A DNA stretch of 64,000 bases from Candidatus Amphirhobacter sp. (GCA_965222035.1 OZ244940.1:899015-963014); one strand, 5' to 3'; counted from the first letter of the stretch, positions 28,637 to 38,807 are shown. Notes: generated by a model from the sequence alone, not told the origin. Numbers and translations are program-made.

Positions 28637-28843
28637 ATGACAATGAGCGAGAAAAGTCTCAAGCAGCTCACGAAGAAGGAGATAGCCAAAGAGTTCCTGC
28701 TTGCGGGGCTCGAGGATTTGCTGACGGGAGGGGCAGGGTATCCGAGGGAAATCTCCCTGACAATCCAGTGGAAGAACCGTACATATACTTTCGGTTCTCC
28801 GCAGCAAGAGAACGCTAAGGGTCAAAGCCAGAGCAAGCGCTAG
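28637..28843 (+). CDS. hypothetical small protein (68 aa), low-GC, weak support
   Basis: Only ORF in a 400-bp lower-GC gap; TATAAT upstream at about 28575; no homology recognised. Confidence 0.25.
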   Translation: MTMSEKSLKQLTKKEIAKEFLLAGLEDLLTGGAGYPREISLTIQWKNRTYTFGSPQQENAKGQSQSKR

Positions 28844-28951
28844 TCAGCAAGGACGCCGCGCATGACGCTGCTTTTTTGCTTGACCTCCTAAAATAGGCGG
28901 CGTGAAGCAGCGGCGCCAGGCAGATGGCAGGACCCGGATCCTTACCCCTCG

Positions 28952-29731
28952 ATGACCACCGAGCCTGATTATGAGGTCTCGGTGCTCCTGCCGCTGTACA
29001 ACGAGGCCCAGCGCCTGCCACGCACCTACCCGCAATTCCTGGCCTTCCTCGACAGCTCGGCCGAGCGCCAGGCCCGGGCCGAGTTGGTCCTCATCGACGA
29101 CCTGTCCGAGGACGAAACCTGGCCTCTGCTCGAACGCTACGCCCGGGAACGCCCGGACGTCCAGGCCGTGCGGCTGCCGGCCCACGGCGGCAAGGGCGCA
29201 GCGCTGCGGCTGGGCGCGGCCCACGCCAAGGGACGCACGCTGCTGACGGTCGATTGCGACCTGTCCACCGACTTCAGCTACTATCCGCCCTTCGCTGAGC
29301 TGCTCAAGGAATACGATATCGTGTTCGGCTCGCGGCGCGCGCCCGGCGCCCACATCGCCAAGAGCCAGAATCTCTACAAGCGCACCGTCGGCAGGATGGC
29401 CAAGGTGCTCATCAACCTGATCAACGGCTGGGAGTACGGCGACGTGACCTGCGGCTTCAAGATCTACGGGCCCCGGACGCGCGGGCTGTTCAAGCACACC
29501 GTGCTCGACAGCGTGCTGATGGAGAGCGAAATGCTCAACTTCGCGCGCCTCACCGGCTTGAAGGCCAAGGAAGAGCCGGTGGTCTGGATCAATGACGCCG
29601 ACACCCGCATCGGCATGCGCAGCTATCTGCATGCGATGTATGAGCTGCTGGTCATGCGCCTGCGCTTTGCGACCGGGCGCTACGACCTGGCCGCCATCAA
29701 GCAAGCCATCAAGGACGCTTCCGACCGTTGA
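28952..29731 (+). CDS. glycosyltransferase family 2 (DPM/DPG-synthase-like)
   Basis: VSVLLPLYNE...LIDDLSEDET DxD-type GT-A motifs. Confidence 0.75.
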   Translation: MTTEPDYEVSVLLPLYNEAQRLPRTYPQFLAFLDSSAERQARAELVLIDDLSEDETWPLLERYARERPDVQAVRLPAHGGKGAALRLGAAHAKGRTLLTVDCDLSTDFSYYPPFAELLKEYDIVFGSRRAPGAHIAKSQNLYKRTVGRMAKVLINLINGWEYGDVTCGFKIYGPRTRGLFKHTVLDSVLMESEMLNFARLTGLKAKEEPVVWINDADTRIGMRSYLHAMYELLVMRLRFATGRYDLAAIKQAIKDASDR

Positions 29732-30543
29732 CCATGCGCGGCAAGGCCGTCCTGTGCTTCGACGCTGAGACCGTACCCGACGCCGAGCTGCTGCGCCGGT
29801 CGCTGCAGCTGCCGGACGCCAGCGACGCAGAGGTGGTGGACCAGGCCCTGCAGGCGCAGCGGGAGAAAACCGACGGGCGCAGCGATTTCCTGCCGCTGGT
29901 GTTCCACCAGGTGGTCTCGATCAGCGTCGTCTATCGCGCGGGCAGCACCTTCTTGGTCGATTCCAAGTCCACGCCCCTGGCTGAGAAGGAGATCATCAGC
30001 CACTTCTTCCAGTCCATCGCGAGCAAGAACCCCATCCTCGTCAGTTGGAACGGCAGCGGCTTCGATATGCCCATGCTGGTGCTGCGCGCCCTGCGCCACG
30101 GCGTGAACGCCCAGGGCTACTGGACCGGGCCGAGCGACGCGCGCGACTTCAACAAATACATCCGGCGCTACGATGACAAGGGACATCAGGATGTCATGGA
30201 CATCCTCGCGCACTATCAAGCGGGCAACAAGACCAGCCTCGCGAACGCCGCCCTCGCCTGCGACCTGCCCGGCAAGATGGGCTATGAAGGCAGCCAGGTG
30301 CTCGGGCTGCATCGCAGCGGCAAGCACGATGAGATCCGAAACTACTGCGAGATCGACGCGCTCAACACCTATCTGATCTGGCTGCGCCTGCAACTGTCAA
30401 ACGGCGCCCTGGACGCAGAGGCTTACGCGCAGGAAGTCGAGCTGGTCGAAGATTATCTCGGGAGGAACGCCGCCCCGCACCTGCAGGACTTCCTGCGGCA
30501 ATGGCGCGACTACCGCGCCGCGTCCCAGGGCTCGAGCACGTAG
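29728..30543 (+). CDS. RNase-H-fold 3'-5' exonuclease related to PolB exonuclease domain (COG3298-like)
   Basis: Exo I CFDAET (DxE), Exo II WNGSGFDMP, Exo III YCEIDALNTY; ATGA-coupled to GT2 gene. Confidence 0.65.
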   Translation: MTMRGKAVLCFDAETVPDAELLRRSLQLPDASDAEVVDQALQAQREKTDGRSDFLPLVFHQVVSISVVYRAGSTFLVDSKSTPLAEKEIISHFFQSIASKNPILVSWNGSGFDMPMLVLRALRHGVNAQGYWTGPSDARDFNKYIRRYDDKGHQDVMDILAHYQAGNKTSLANAALACDLPGKMGYEGSQVLGLHRSGKHDEIRNYCEIDALNTYLIWLRLQLSNGALDAEAYAQEVELVEDYLGRNAAPHLQDFLRQWRDYRAASQGSST

Positions 30544-31523
30544 CCCAGGCAGTCCTGCCGGACGAGGCCGGCCTGCGCGACCAGCATCGCGGGCATGAAG
30601 CTGCGCGCCGCCACCAGGTCATCGCCGCTGCGGCGCAGCAGGTCGTTGGACCGCGGCCGCCCCTTGGCGTCGTACAACTCCAGCGCCTCGCCGCCGGCGC
30701 CGTTGTTGAGCTTCGCGAAGACCGTGCCCTCGGCCACCGTCTTGAAGTTGAACAATTGCGGCAGGTTGGCCGGAAAACTTATGTCCGCCCGGCTGTTGCC
30801 AAAACAGATGCTGTGCTCCGGCTTGACCTTCAGGCACCCGCACAGGCGGTGATACTCGCCCGCCGCCGCCGGCACTTGCGCGGTGGCATCGACATAATCA
30901 AGGAAATCCAGCCCCAGGCCGATGCCCTCTTCGCTGCCGGGCAAGCCGCATTCGAGCGTGACCGCTGGATGACGCCGGCCGAAGGCCTCCATGAGCGTCC
31001 CCAGCCTCAGCTCGGTGCCAATGGTCCGGCCGGTGAAAGCCCCCGCCCAGCCGCGGGCGTCGACGAAGCCCTCGCCCTGCATGCACATCGCATAGCAGGG
31101 ATTGAGCCCGTTGTTGTTGTGCAGGTCGATTACCAAGCGCAGCGGCCGGTCCGCGTACTCCTCATAGACCGCATATAGATCGTCCAGCAGCGGCTGATTG
31201 GGCTGGGCGCCCCAGATGCGGTTGAAGTCGACCTGGCTCTTGAGCTGGCGCTCGCCGCGCGCGGCCGCCATCGGATTTGCCAGGAGAAAGACGAAGGCGC
31301 ACTGCGGCTGACGGGCCCCCAGCTGCTGCAGCCAGCGGCGCGCGATCTCCCAGCCGCTGGTCTCGTTGCCGTGCAGCAGCGCGCTGACAAAGACAATCTC
31401 GTCCCCCGTCCCCGGGACCTCCAGCAGCGCCGGGCCATCGAGATAGGCCAGCAGCCGCTCCGCCGGCTGCGCCAGCAGCTCGGCTGGAGGCGGGCTGAGG
31501 CGCCGCAGGCTCACAAGGACCAA
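30510..31523 (-). CDS. succinylglutamate desuccinylase/aspartoacylase (AstE/AspA) family zinc hydrolase
   Basis: LLHGNETSGWE zinc-binding motif typical of AstE_AspA family. Confidence 0.7.
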   Translation of the reverse strand: MVLVSLRRLSPPPAELLAQPAERLLAYLDGPALLEVPGTGDEIVFVSALLHGNETSGWEIARRWLQQLGARQPQCAFVFLLANPMAAARGERQLKSQVDFNRIWGAQPNQPLLDDLYAVYEEYADRPLRLVIDLHNNNGLNPCYAMCMQGEGFVDARGWAGAFTGRTIGTELRLGTLMEAFGRRHPAVTLECGLPGSEEGIGLGLDFLDYVDATAQVPAAAGEYHRLCGCLKVKPEHSICFGNSRADISFPANLPQLFNFKTVAEGTVFAKLNNGAGGEALELYDAKGRPRSNDLLRRSGDDLVAARSFMPAMLVAQAGLVRQDCLGYVLEPWDAAR

Positions 31524-32965
31524 CGGTGCACCGGCATGCCCTGCAGCTGCCGGCGCCAGTAACTGCCCGTCAGCCGCCGGATGTTCGCTGAGCCCGCGCC
31601 GTGCGCCTGGACATAGCGCCGCTGCCAGGTCGCGCCGTTGATGCCCGTCGCGATCCGCTGCTCCATGATGTCCAGGTATTCGAGCTCGCGGGGCTCAAGC
31701 CTGAGCTGCTTGAGCTCGCGCCGCGCCAGGGGGAGCAGCTGGTCCAGCAGCAGCTTCTTGACGCTGCGACGGCGCCCGTCGAGCCAGGTCACCTTGGCGT
31801 CCAGGCCGTGCAAGGCGCAAGCGTAGAAATTCGCGCGCGCCTGCGCGCAGGGCAGCTGCCGCTCCAGCTGCGGGCCCTTCAGGCCGGTCCCCAGCTCGCG
31901 TACCAGGCCGCGCATCAGCCCGATGAACAAGGCGATGTTCGCGCACATGTCCGCGCTGCTCGGGCTCGAGGACATCACCCGGTGCTCGATGCGCAGCGCC
32001 GGCGCGCCGTCCTCCTCGAAGTCCAGCACCGGGCGGTTCCAGCGCCAGATGGTGCCGTTGTGCAAACGCAAGTGCGGCAGGCCGTGGCGCGCCTTGCTCA
32101 CTTCGGCGAGCATCACCGCGAAGTACTTGGCGTTGTCCTCATACAGCTCGATCAAGCTGTCGGAGACATAGCTGTGCCCGAAGAAATCGTTGGCGCGCTC
32201 ATCCTGCAGGCCGGGCGCGAGAAACCGCGGTCGCAGGATCTGCTCGAACAGCGGGACGCGGGTCTCGGCCCACAGGTTGCGCCCGAGAAAGAACGGCGAG
32301 TTCGCCGTGGCCGCGGCGATCGGTCCGGCCAGCAGCTGGGCCGCGTTGTAATACTGGACGGCCTGCTTCGCCGGCGGCTGCAGATGCAGCTGCTGCGAAG
32401 TTGTGACCGCTTCCATCAGCACCGTCGACAAGCCCAGCTCCAGGCCGTCGTTCTCCGGAATCAGGATCGAGCTGAAGCGCCCGCCCCGCCAGCGCACGAA
32501 GCGCTCCAGCAAAGCGTGATAGCGCTTGTCGCGGCTCGTCATGGCCGTGCCCAGGTCCGCCGGCGAGATGGTCGGCAGAATGCCCGCCATGACCAGATGG
32601 ACCGACAGAATCTCGGCGACGTTGAAGGCCCGCTGCATGAAATCGACGAAGTCCTGCCGCATGCGCAGGATGAAGCCCGGGGACAGCTCGGTCCGGTGGG
32701 AGTTGTACTCGACGTTGAAGGCCGCCAGCTCCGTCGTCGCCTGCGGACTGTCTAGCTGCTTGAGGAACTTGGCGTTGATCGAGGCCGGCAGGAAAGAATG
32801 GTCCGCCAGGCAGAACTCCACTTCCTGGCCGACATACTGCTTGCGGCTGGAAAACCGTCCTTCGCGTTCCCAGCGCCTGATGGTGGCGGTCTCCCGCAGC
32901 AGCTTGGCCGCGAAGGCCTTCTCATCGGCCTTGCTGTAGCGGCTCTTGGTGGTCTCCTCGCCCAT
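31511..32965 (-). CDS. glutamate--cysteine ligase family 2 (GCS2/carboxylate-amine ligase-like) protein
   Basis: 484 aa, GCS2-type fold by sequence pattern; overlaps downstream AstE-like gene by 13 nt. Confidence 0.55.
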   Translation of the reverse strand: MGEETTKSRYSKADEKAFAAKLLRETATIRRWEREGRFSSRKQYVGQEVEFCLADHSFLPASINAKFLKQLDSPQATTELAAFNVEYNSHRTELSPGFILRMRQDFVDFMQRAFNVAEILSVHLVMAGILPTISPADLGTAMTSRDKRYHALLERFVRWRGGRFSSILIPENDGLELGLSTVLMEAVTTSQQLHLQPPAKQAVQYYNAAQLLAGPIAAATANSPFFLGRNLWAETRVPLFEQILRPRFLAPGLQDERANDFFGHSYVSDSLIELYEDNAKYFAVMLAEVSKARHGLPHLRLHNGTIWRWNRPVLDFEEDGAPALRIEHRVMSSSPSSADMCANIALFIGLMRGLVRELGTGLKGPQLERQLPCAQARANFYACALHGLDAKVTWLDGRRRSVKKLLLDQLLPLARRELKQLRLEPRELEYLDIMEQRIATGINGATWQRRYVQAHGAGSANIRRLTGSYWRRQLQGMPVHRWSL

Positions 32966-33063
32966 GCGGCAACTATTAGGGTCCCGTCCCGGTCAAGCAG
33001 GGAATGAAAATAAGATGGAACTAGCGGCCGGCGTATGCGGCCGCGCGGAGTTTCAGCGAGTTG

Positions 33064-33792
33064 TTATTCGCGCCCGCCGAAGGCCATCAGCAGATGCAGC
33101 AGCGACTGGAAGATGTTGAACAGCATGATGAAGATCGTCATCGCCGCCATGATGTAGTTGGTCTCGCCGCCGCGTACGATCGAGTTGATCGTGAACACGA
33201 TGTAGGCCGAGGCCAGCGGGATGAAGATCGCCGAAAGCGCCAGGCTGATAACGCTCAGGCCGAAGGCCATGCCGATTATTCCCATGATGAAGGCCATCCA
33301 GATGCCAATGAACAGCGTCTTGCCCACGCCCGGCGTCGCGAAGTTGCGGCTGGTCACCGTGGCGTAGCCCGCCAGCAGGAAGAACATCGCCGCGGTCCCG
33401 CCGAAGGCGATCGCGATCATGTCCACGCCATTGCTGAAGCTCAGGGCCACCAGCAGCATCGGGCCGATCATGTACCCCAGGAACAGGGTGAAGGCCAGCA
33501 TCCAGAAGACGCCCATGAAGCTGTTGCGATTGCCCATCACGAGGAACTGGAAACCGAACATGCCAGCCAGGAAGATGCCGAAATAGCCCCAGAAGCCGAC
33601 GTAGAGGACCAGCGGGAAGGCAACGCCGAGCGCGGCGCCGACCACCGTCGGCAGCATCGAGAGCGCCAGCAGCAGGTAGGTGTTGCGCAGTACCTTGCGG
33701 GCGCTGTCCGACAGGACGCCGGGCAGGTGGAATTCGTCCGCAGCGTAGGTGGGACCAGTGCGGCTGTTGGAATGAGGGAAGTCAGTAGGCAT
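33064..33792 (-). CDS. Bax inhibitor-1/YccA family membrane protein
   Basis: 7 TM, typical BI-1/YccA length and motif pattern. Confidence 0.8.
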   Translation of the reverse strand: MPTDFPHSNSRTGPTYAADEFHLPGVLSDSARKVLRNTYLLLALSMLPTVVGAALGVAFPLVLYVGFWGYFGIFLAGMFGFQFLVMGNRNSFMGVFWMLAFTLFLGYMIGPMLLVALSFSNGVDMIAIAFGGTAAMFFLLAGYATVTSRNFATPGVGKTLFIGIWMAFIMGIIGMAFGLSVISLALSAIFIPLASAYIVFTINSIVRGGETNYIMAAMTIFIMLFNIFQSLLHLLMAFGGRE

Positions 33793-33845
33793 AGTTCAAT
33801 AACCCGGTGATGTTTTCCTGCCCATAATTATAAACCGATTTGCTC

Positions 33846-34550
33846 CTAGCACAAGTCCCGCCGCCGGACGGCCAGCAGCGCCCGGGCGGCCGCCAGGTCG
33901 GCCGGAGCCGTGATTTTGGGGTTCGGATGCGCGCTGGGGACCAGCAGCGGGCGCCAGCCGCAGCGCTCGAGCACCTGGGCCTCGTCGGTGGCATCGGGAT
34001 GGGCCCGCAGGGCCGCCAGCAGGGCTTCCAGCGGGGCCGCCTGCGGGGTCTGGGCCCGGTACAGCTCGGCGCGGTCCAGCGTCGCGACCACCTCCCCGCC
34101 CTTCACCCGCTTGACGGTGTCGGTCATCGGCGCGCCCAGCAGGGCCGGCTGCTCCCGCTCCGCGACCGTCGCCAGCAGCCGCTCCAGGTCGGCCGGATGC
34201 AGGCAGGGCCGGGCCGCGTCGTGGACCAGCACCCAGGCGGGCGGCGACGCGGCCTTCGCCAGCAACTCGCAGGCCGCCAGCACCGTCCGCCCGCGCTTGT
34301 CCGCCCCGCAGGGCAGCAGCCGCAGCGGGACGTCCAGTTCCTGCTGGGCGCGGTCGACCGCCTTTGCGGCGGCCGCATCGCCGGCCGCGGCGGCCACATG
34401 GACCGCGGCGATCTCCGGCTGGCCAGCGAAACAGCGGATGCTGCGCTCGAGCACGGTCATGCCGCCGAGGGCGCGGTGCTGCTTGGGCGTCTTGCCGCCG
34501 AAGCGCGCGCCGGAGCCGGCGGCGGCGATGATGACGGCGAAATCAGGCAT
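33846..34550 (-). CDS. ispD: 2-C-methyl-D-erythritol 4-phosphate cytidylyltransferase
   Basis: IIAAAGSGARFG N-terminal CTP-binding motif, 234 aa. Confidence 0.85.
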   Translation of the reverse strand: MPDFAVIIAAAGSGARFGGKTPKQHRALGGMTVLERSIRCFAGQPEIAAVHVAAAAGDAAAAKAVDRAQQELDVPLRLLPCGADKRGRTVLAACELLAKAASPPAWVLVHDAARPCLHPADLERLLATVAEREQPALLGAPMTDTVKRVKGGEVVATLDRAELYRAQTPQAAPLEALLAALRAHPDATDEAQVLERCGWRPLLVPSAHPNPKITAPADLAAARALLAVRRRDLC

Positions 34551-34610
34551 GGCGACTTACAATTTACCTAGGAAAGCGCGGCGCGCGCGGGCCGAATGTA
34601 TTTTACGTAG

Positions 34611-36119
34611 ATGAATTTGCTCCGCCTCGCCACCATCGCCTCCACGACGTTCCGCTTCGGTCTCGACGAGATCATCGCGAGCTCCTGGCCCGCGGCCTGG
34701 TTCGCGCGGCTGTGGTACATGCTGTTCTTCTGGCGCACCTATGCCGCGCCGCGCGGCGTGCGCCTGCGACAGGCGCTCGAGGACCTGGGGCCGATCTTCG
34801 TCAAGTTCGGGCAGCAGCTGTCGACCCGCCAGGACATCCTGCCCGCCGACATCGCCAGCGAGCTCGCCAAGCTGCAGGACCGCGTCCAGCCGCAGCCCTT
34901 CGCGCTGATCCACGCGCAGCTGGCCGCGTCCTACGAGCGGCCGCTGGAGGAGATCTTCGAACACATCGAGCCCGAGCCGCTGGGCTCGGCCTCGGTCGCC
35001 CAAGTCCATAAGGCCCGGCTGCTCGATGGGCGGACGGTGGCGGTCAAGGTATTGCGCCCGCAGATCCGCGCCCAGGTCGAGCGCGACATCGATCTCATGC
35101 AGAGCTTCGCCTGGCTGACCGAGAAGCTCTACAAGTACGGCCGCCACATGAAGATCCGCGCCCTGGTCCATGAATTCGACAAGAGCCTGCGCCAGGAGAC
35201 CGACCTGCTGCATGAGGCCGCCAACTGCAACCAGGTGCGGCGCAACTTCGCCGGCCATCCCATGCTGCGCATTCCCGAGGTGTACTGGGACCAATGCAAC
35301 GCCAACGTCATGGTCATGGAGCTGCTGCTCGGGACCCCGGTCGACCAGATCGACGCGCTGCGCGAGCGCGGCATCGACCTCGCCAAGCTCGCATCCACCG
35401 GCATCGAGGTCTTCTTCACCCAGGTCTTCCGCGACAGTTTCTTTCACGCCGACATGCATCCGGGCAACATCCACGTCGACGACGAGGGCCGCTTCATCGT
35501 CCTGGACTTCGGCATCATGGGCAGCCTCGAGGACCACGACAAGGAGTATATCGGCGCGAATTTCCTCGCCTTCTTCAACCGCGACTACCGCCGGGTCGCG
35601 GTCATGCATGTGGAAGCCGGCTGGACCCCGCCGGACATCTCGATCACCGAGTTCGAGGCGGAGATCCGCGCCGTCTGCGAGCCCATCTTCGCGCGGCCCC
35701 TGCAGGAGATCTCCTTCGGGCGGCTGCTGCTGCAGCTGATCAACGCGGCGCGCAAGCTCAACCTGATTGTCCAGCCGCAGCTGATCCTGCTGCAGAAGAC
35801 CCTGCTGAACATCGAGGGCATCGGCCGGCAGCTCGCGCCGGAGCTCAATTTGTGGGACAAGGCCAAGCCCATCCTCGAGGACTGGGCCAAGGAGCAGAAC
35901 TCGCCCAAGCGGATCGCAAGCATCATGCGCGCGAACGCGCCCTCGATGATTTCCCTGCTGCCGGACCTGCCCGTCGCCCTGCGGCGGCACGTCCGCGGCA
36001 TGCGCGGCGAGGACGCCGCCCGGGCGGAAGAGACCGCGCGCCTGCATCGATCCAACCGCCGGCTGGGCTGGGCGCTGGCCATCGCCGTCATCCTGCTGCT
36101 GGGGTTCGGCCTTGGCTAA
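34611..36119 (+). CDS. ubiB: ubiquinone biosynthesis protein kinase-like UbiB
   Basis: ABC1/UbiB kinase-like domain (ASVAQVHKA, HADMHPGNI), C-terminal TM. Confidence 0.85.
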   Translation: MNLLRLATIASTTFRFGLDEIIASSWPAAWFARLWYMLFFWRTYAAPRGVRLRQALEDLGPIFVKFGQQLSTRQDILPADIASELAKLQDRVQPQPFALIHAQLAASYERPLEEIFEHIEPEPLGSASVAQVHKARLLDGRTVAVKVLRPQIRAQVERDIDLMQSFAWLTEKLYKYGRHMKIRALVHEFDKSLRQETDLLHEAANCNQVRRNFAGHPMLRIPEVYWDQCNANVMVMELLLGTPVDQIDALRERGIDLAKLASTGIEVFFTQVFRDSFFHADMHPGNIHVDDEGRFIVLDFGIMGSLEDHDKEYIGANFLAFFNRDYRRVAVMHVEAGWTPPDISITEFEAEIRAVCEPIFARPLQEISFGRLLLQLINAARKLNLIVQPQLILLQKTLLNIEGIGRQLAPELNLWDKAKPILEDWAKEQNSPKRIASIMRANAPSMISLLPDLPVALRRHVRGMRGEDAARAEETARLHRSNRRLGWALAIAVILLLGFGLG

Positions 36120-37002
36120 GCTGCGCATCGCGACCCGCCGCAGCCGGCTGGCGCTCGCCCAGGCGCAGCAGGCGCAGCAGCGCCTCGCTCGCGCCCATCC
36201 GGAGCTTGAGACCGAGCTGGTGCCCCTGGCATGCGACGGGGACGGCGGGGCCACCGGCGGCAAGGATTTGTACACCGCCAGCCTGCGCGCCGCCATCCGC
36301 GGCGGGGACGCCGACTGCGCCTGCCATTCGCTCAAGGATGTCGAGGATGAAGACGGCTGGATGATCGCCGCCTGTTTGCCGCGCGCCGACCATCGCGAGG
36401 CCCTCGTCGGCCTGGACCTGGCGCGCCTGCTCGAGCGCGAGCGCCCGCGCGTCGGGGCCGCGAGCCTGCGGCGCCAGGCGCAGCTGCGCCGCGCCCTGCC
36501 CCGGGCCACGGCGGTGGAAGTACGCGGCAACATCGATACCAGGCTGCAAAAGCTTGAAGACGGCGCGGCCGACGCCCTGCTGCTGGCATGCGCCGGCCTC
36601 GAGCGCCTGGGCTGGGCGGACCGCATCGCCGAGCGCCTCGACCCCGACGCCTTCCTGCCGCCGCCGGGCCAGGGCACCGTGGTGCTCGAGTGCCGCAGCG
36701 ACAGCGAGCACGCCGACCTGCTCAGCGGCGCCGACGACCCTGACGCCCGGCGCATGGCCGAGGCCGAGCGCGCCTGCGCCCGGACGATTGACGGCGACTG
36801 CCAGACGCCGCTCGGGGCCCTCGCCCGCCTGCGGGACGATGGCACGGTCGAGGTCTGCTGCGAGCTCAGCGGCCCGGAACGCAGCGCCACCGGCGCCGCC
36901 ACCGGCTCCGATCCCCAGGCAGCGGGTACGAGCGCCGCCGAGCGCATGCTCGCAGCCGGCGGCCGGGAACTGCTCGCCGCCCTGCGCAACGCCGCCGCAT
37001 GA
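36112..37002 (+). CDS. hemC: hydroxymethylbilane synthase (porphobilinogen deaminase)
   Basis: LRIATRRSRLALAQAQ N-terminus, 296 aa. Confidence 0.85.
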   Translation: MAKLRIATRRSRLALAQAQQAQQRLARAHPELETELVPLACDGDGGATGGKDLYTASLRAAIRGGDADCACHSLKDVEDEDGWMIAACLPRADHREALVGLDLARLLERERPRVGAASLRRQAQLRRALPRATAVEVRGNIDTRLQKLEDGAADALLLACAGLERLGWADRIAERLDPDAFLPPPGQGTVVLECRSDSEHADLLSGADDPDARRMAEAERACARTIDGDCQTPLGALARLRDDGTVEVCCELSGPERSATGAATGSDPQAAGTSAAERMLAAGGRELLAALRNAAA

Positions 37003-37766
37003 GCAAGGAAACAGTCGTCATGCTCTTGCGCGACACCGCGCGCACCGAGCGGCTGCGCGCGCAAGTGCGGCAGCGCGGCGGGCGCGCCTTCTGCCTGCCG
37101 ATGTTCCGTTTCGTGCCCGTCTACGACTGCGCCGAGGCCCTGGCGTACCTGCGCGCGCCGCAGCCGTTCGCCTGGACGGTCTTCGCCAGTCCCAACGGCG
37201 TCAAGGCTCTGCACAGCATCGCGATGCGCAACGCCATGCGGCTGCCCCTCAACAACGCCTGCGCCGCGCCCGGCCAGGGCACCCGCGCGGCGCTGGTCGC
37301 CAAGGGCTTCCGCAATGTGGTCGCCGGGCCCGGCTCCAGCGACCTGGGCTCTTTGCTGCGCTCCCGGGCCCTCGGCGATCTCAGGGGCAAGCAGGTCGCG
37401 CTGGTCCAGCGGCGCGACGCGCCGGACCGCGCGACGGCTGCCCTGCGCAAGCGCGGCGCCAAGGCGGTGCTCGAGATAGCCTGCTATCAGCGGCAGCCCT
37501 GCGCCGACGATACCTGGATCAAGCTCAACGCCGACCTGCGACGCGACTGCAACGCGGCCATCGCTTTTGACGCGCCCTCGCTGGAAGTACTCCTCGAGCG
37601 CAGCGGGGACGATCGCGCCGCGCGCCTGGCCCAGCCGCTGGCGGTCATTCACCCCACCATCGCCGCCAAAGCCGCCGAAATGGGCTTTACAAATATAATT
37701 GTTTCTGACGACAGCAGCGAAATCGTGAACAAACTGATGCAGAAGGTCGAGGGGATGCCATCATAA
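36999..37766 (+). CDS. hemD: uroporphyrinogen-III synthase
   Basis: HemD-fold, coupled (ATGA) to hemC. Confidence 0.75.
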   Translation: MSKETVVMLLRDTARTERLRAQVRQRGGRAFCLPMFRFVPVYDCAEALAYLRAPQPFAWTVFASPNGVKALHSIAMRNAMRLPLNNACAAPGQGTRAALVAKGFRNVVAGPGSSDLGSLLRSRALGDLRGKQVALVQRRDAPDRATAALRKRGAKAVLEIACYQRQPCADDTWIKLNADLRRDCNAAIAFDAPSLEVLLERSGDDRAARLAQPLAVIHPTIAAKAAEMGFTNIIVSDDSSEIVNKLMQKVEGMPS

Positions 37767-38806
37767 GCACGGAACAGGACCAGCCGCCCAGCGAGCCCGC
37801 CGCGGCAGCGACGCCCCAGCCTGAGCCCCCAGAGGCCCCGGCCCCGCGCAAGCGCGGCCGCTGGCTCGGCAAGCTGATCAACCTGGCGATCGTAATCGCG
37901 ATCGGCGCTGGCTTCTACGCCTACATCCAAGGAGATCTCGATCCGGCGCTTGAATTCATCTTCGGGCCGGACGCGATTGAGCCGCAGCCCACCATCATCG
38001 CCGCGCCGCCGGAGACCCCAGCCGTACCCGTCGGCCCGGAAACGGAAGAGATCATGCTGGAACCGTCCGTCGCGGACACGTACAGCAGCGCCGACCAGAT
38101 GGCCCTCATCACCCAGCTCGAGAACACGCAGAGCCGCGTCCAGAGCCTGGAGCGCGACACCCGCACCCTGCTCGGCATCGTCGAGGACCTCGGCGCCCAA
38201 GTCGGCCGGCGGAACTTTGAGGACGGCAGCGGGGTTTCGGCCCAGCAGCTGCTGCCGATGCAGCTCGAGATCGTCAACCTGCGCCTGCAGCTCGATGGCG
38301 ACACCCGCGCCGCCGACGCCGAGCTCGAGCAGCTAGCGGCGCAGGCCGGGCCCAACACCCAGCTCGCGCAGCTGATCGACGCCAACCGCCTGCGGCTGGC
38401 TTCGATGCAGCCCAGGACGCGGCTGCTCGCCCTCATCGACGATTTCAGCAACGAGGCCCGCCGCGCGCATGCGATCGCGGCCGGCAAGGTCGAGGCCCAT
38501 CGCAGCAGCGGCGAGCAGGATGGTTCGCTGCTGGGACGCATCTTCGCGATCCAGCGCGAGAGCCCAACCCTGACCCAGGCGCTCGCCAATCACGAGCGCT
38601 TGCTAAGCAGCGGCGCCGACTTGCGCACGCAGCTGCTGGTCAAGGACGAAGCCAGTTACCTGAAGACCATTGATGGCATCCAGCAGCTGCTGGGCGCCAT
38701 GCGCCAGCAGGATCCCGCCTCGGTCGAGCTGGTGGCGCTGGCCAAGTTCGCCGGCGAGCTGGCGGCCGAGGGCTATCCCCGCTACCGCCTGCGCCTGGAG
38801 CAGTAG
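37763..38806 (+). CDS. hemX: HemX-like membrane protein (putative uroporphyrinogen-III C-methyltransferase-type HemX), non-canonical start
   Basis: Open frame from 37709; N-terminus ISTEQDQ.. resembles the MTEQEK start of E. coli HemX, basic stretch then TM anchor LINLAIVIAIGAGFYAYI; first ATG only at 38054 after the TM; probable ATA/ATC initiation overlapping hemD stop. Confidence 0.5.
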   Translation: MSTEQDQPPSEPAAAATPQPEPPEAPAPRKRGRWLGKLINLAIVIAIGAGFYAYIQGDLDPALEFIFGPDAIEPQPTIIAAPPETPAVPVGPETEEIMLEPSVADTYSSADQMALITQLENTQSRVQSLERDTRTLLGIVEDLGAQVGRRNFEDGSGVSAQQLLPMQLEIVNLRLQLDGDTRAADAELEQLAAQAGPNTQLAQLIDANRLRLASMQPRTRLLALIDDFSNEARRAHAIAAGKVEAHRSSGEQDGSLLGRIFAIQRESPTLTQALANHERLLSSGADLRTQLLVKDEASYLKTIDGIQQLLGAMRQQDPASVELVALAKFAGELAAEGYPRYRLRLEQ

Positions 38807-38807
38807 C

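Noticed and set aside
28553-28951. Possible sRNA or regulatory element in the lower-GC gap between the MFS pump and GT2 genes
   Set aside because: Only a TATAAT-like hexamer and a 68-aa ORF of uncertain reality; no convincing structure or terminator
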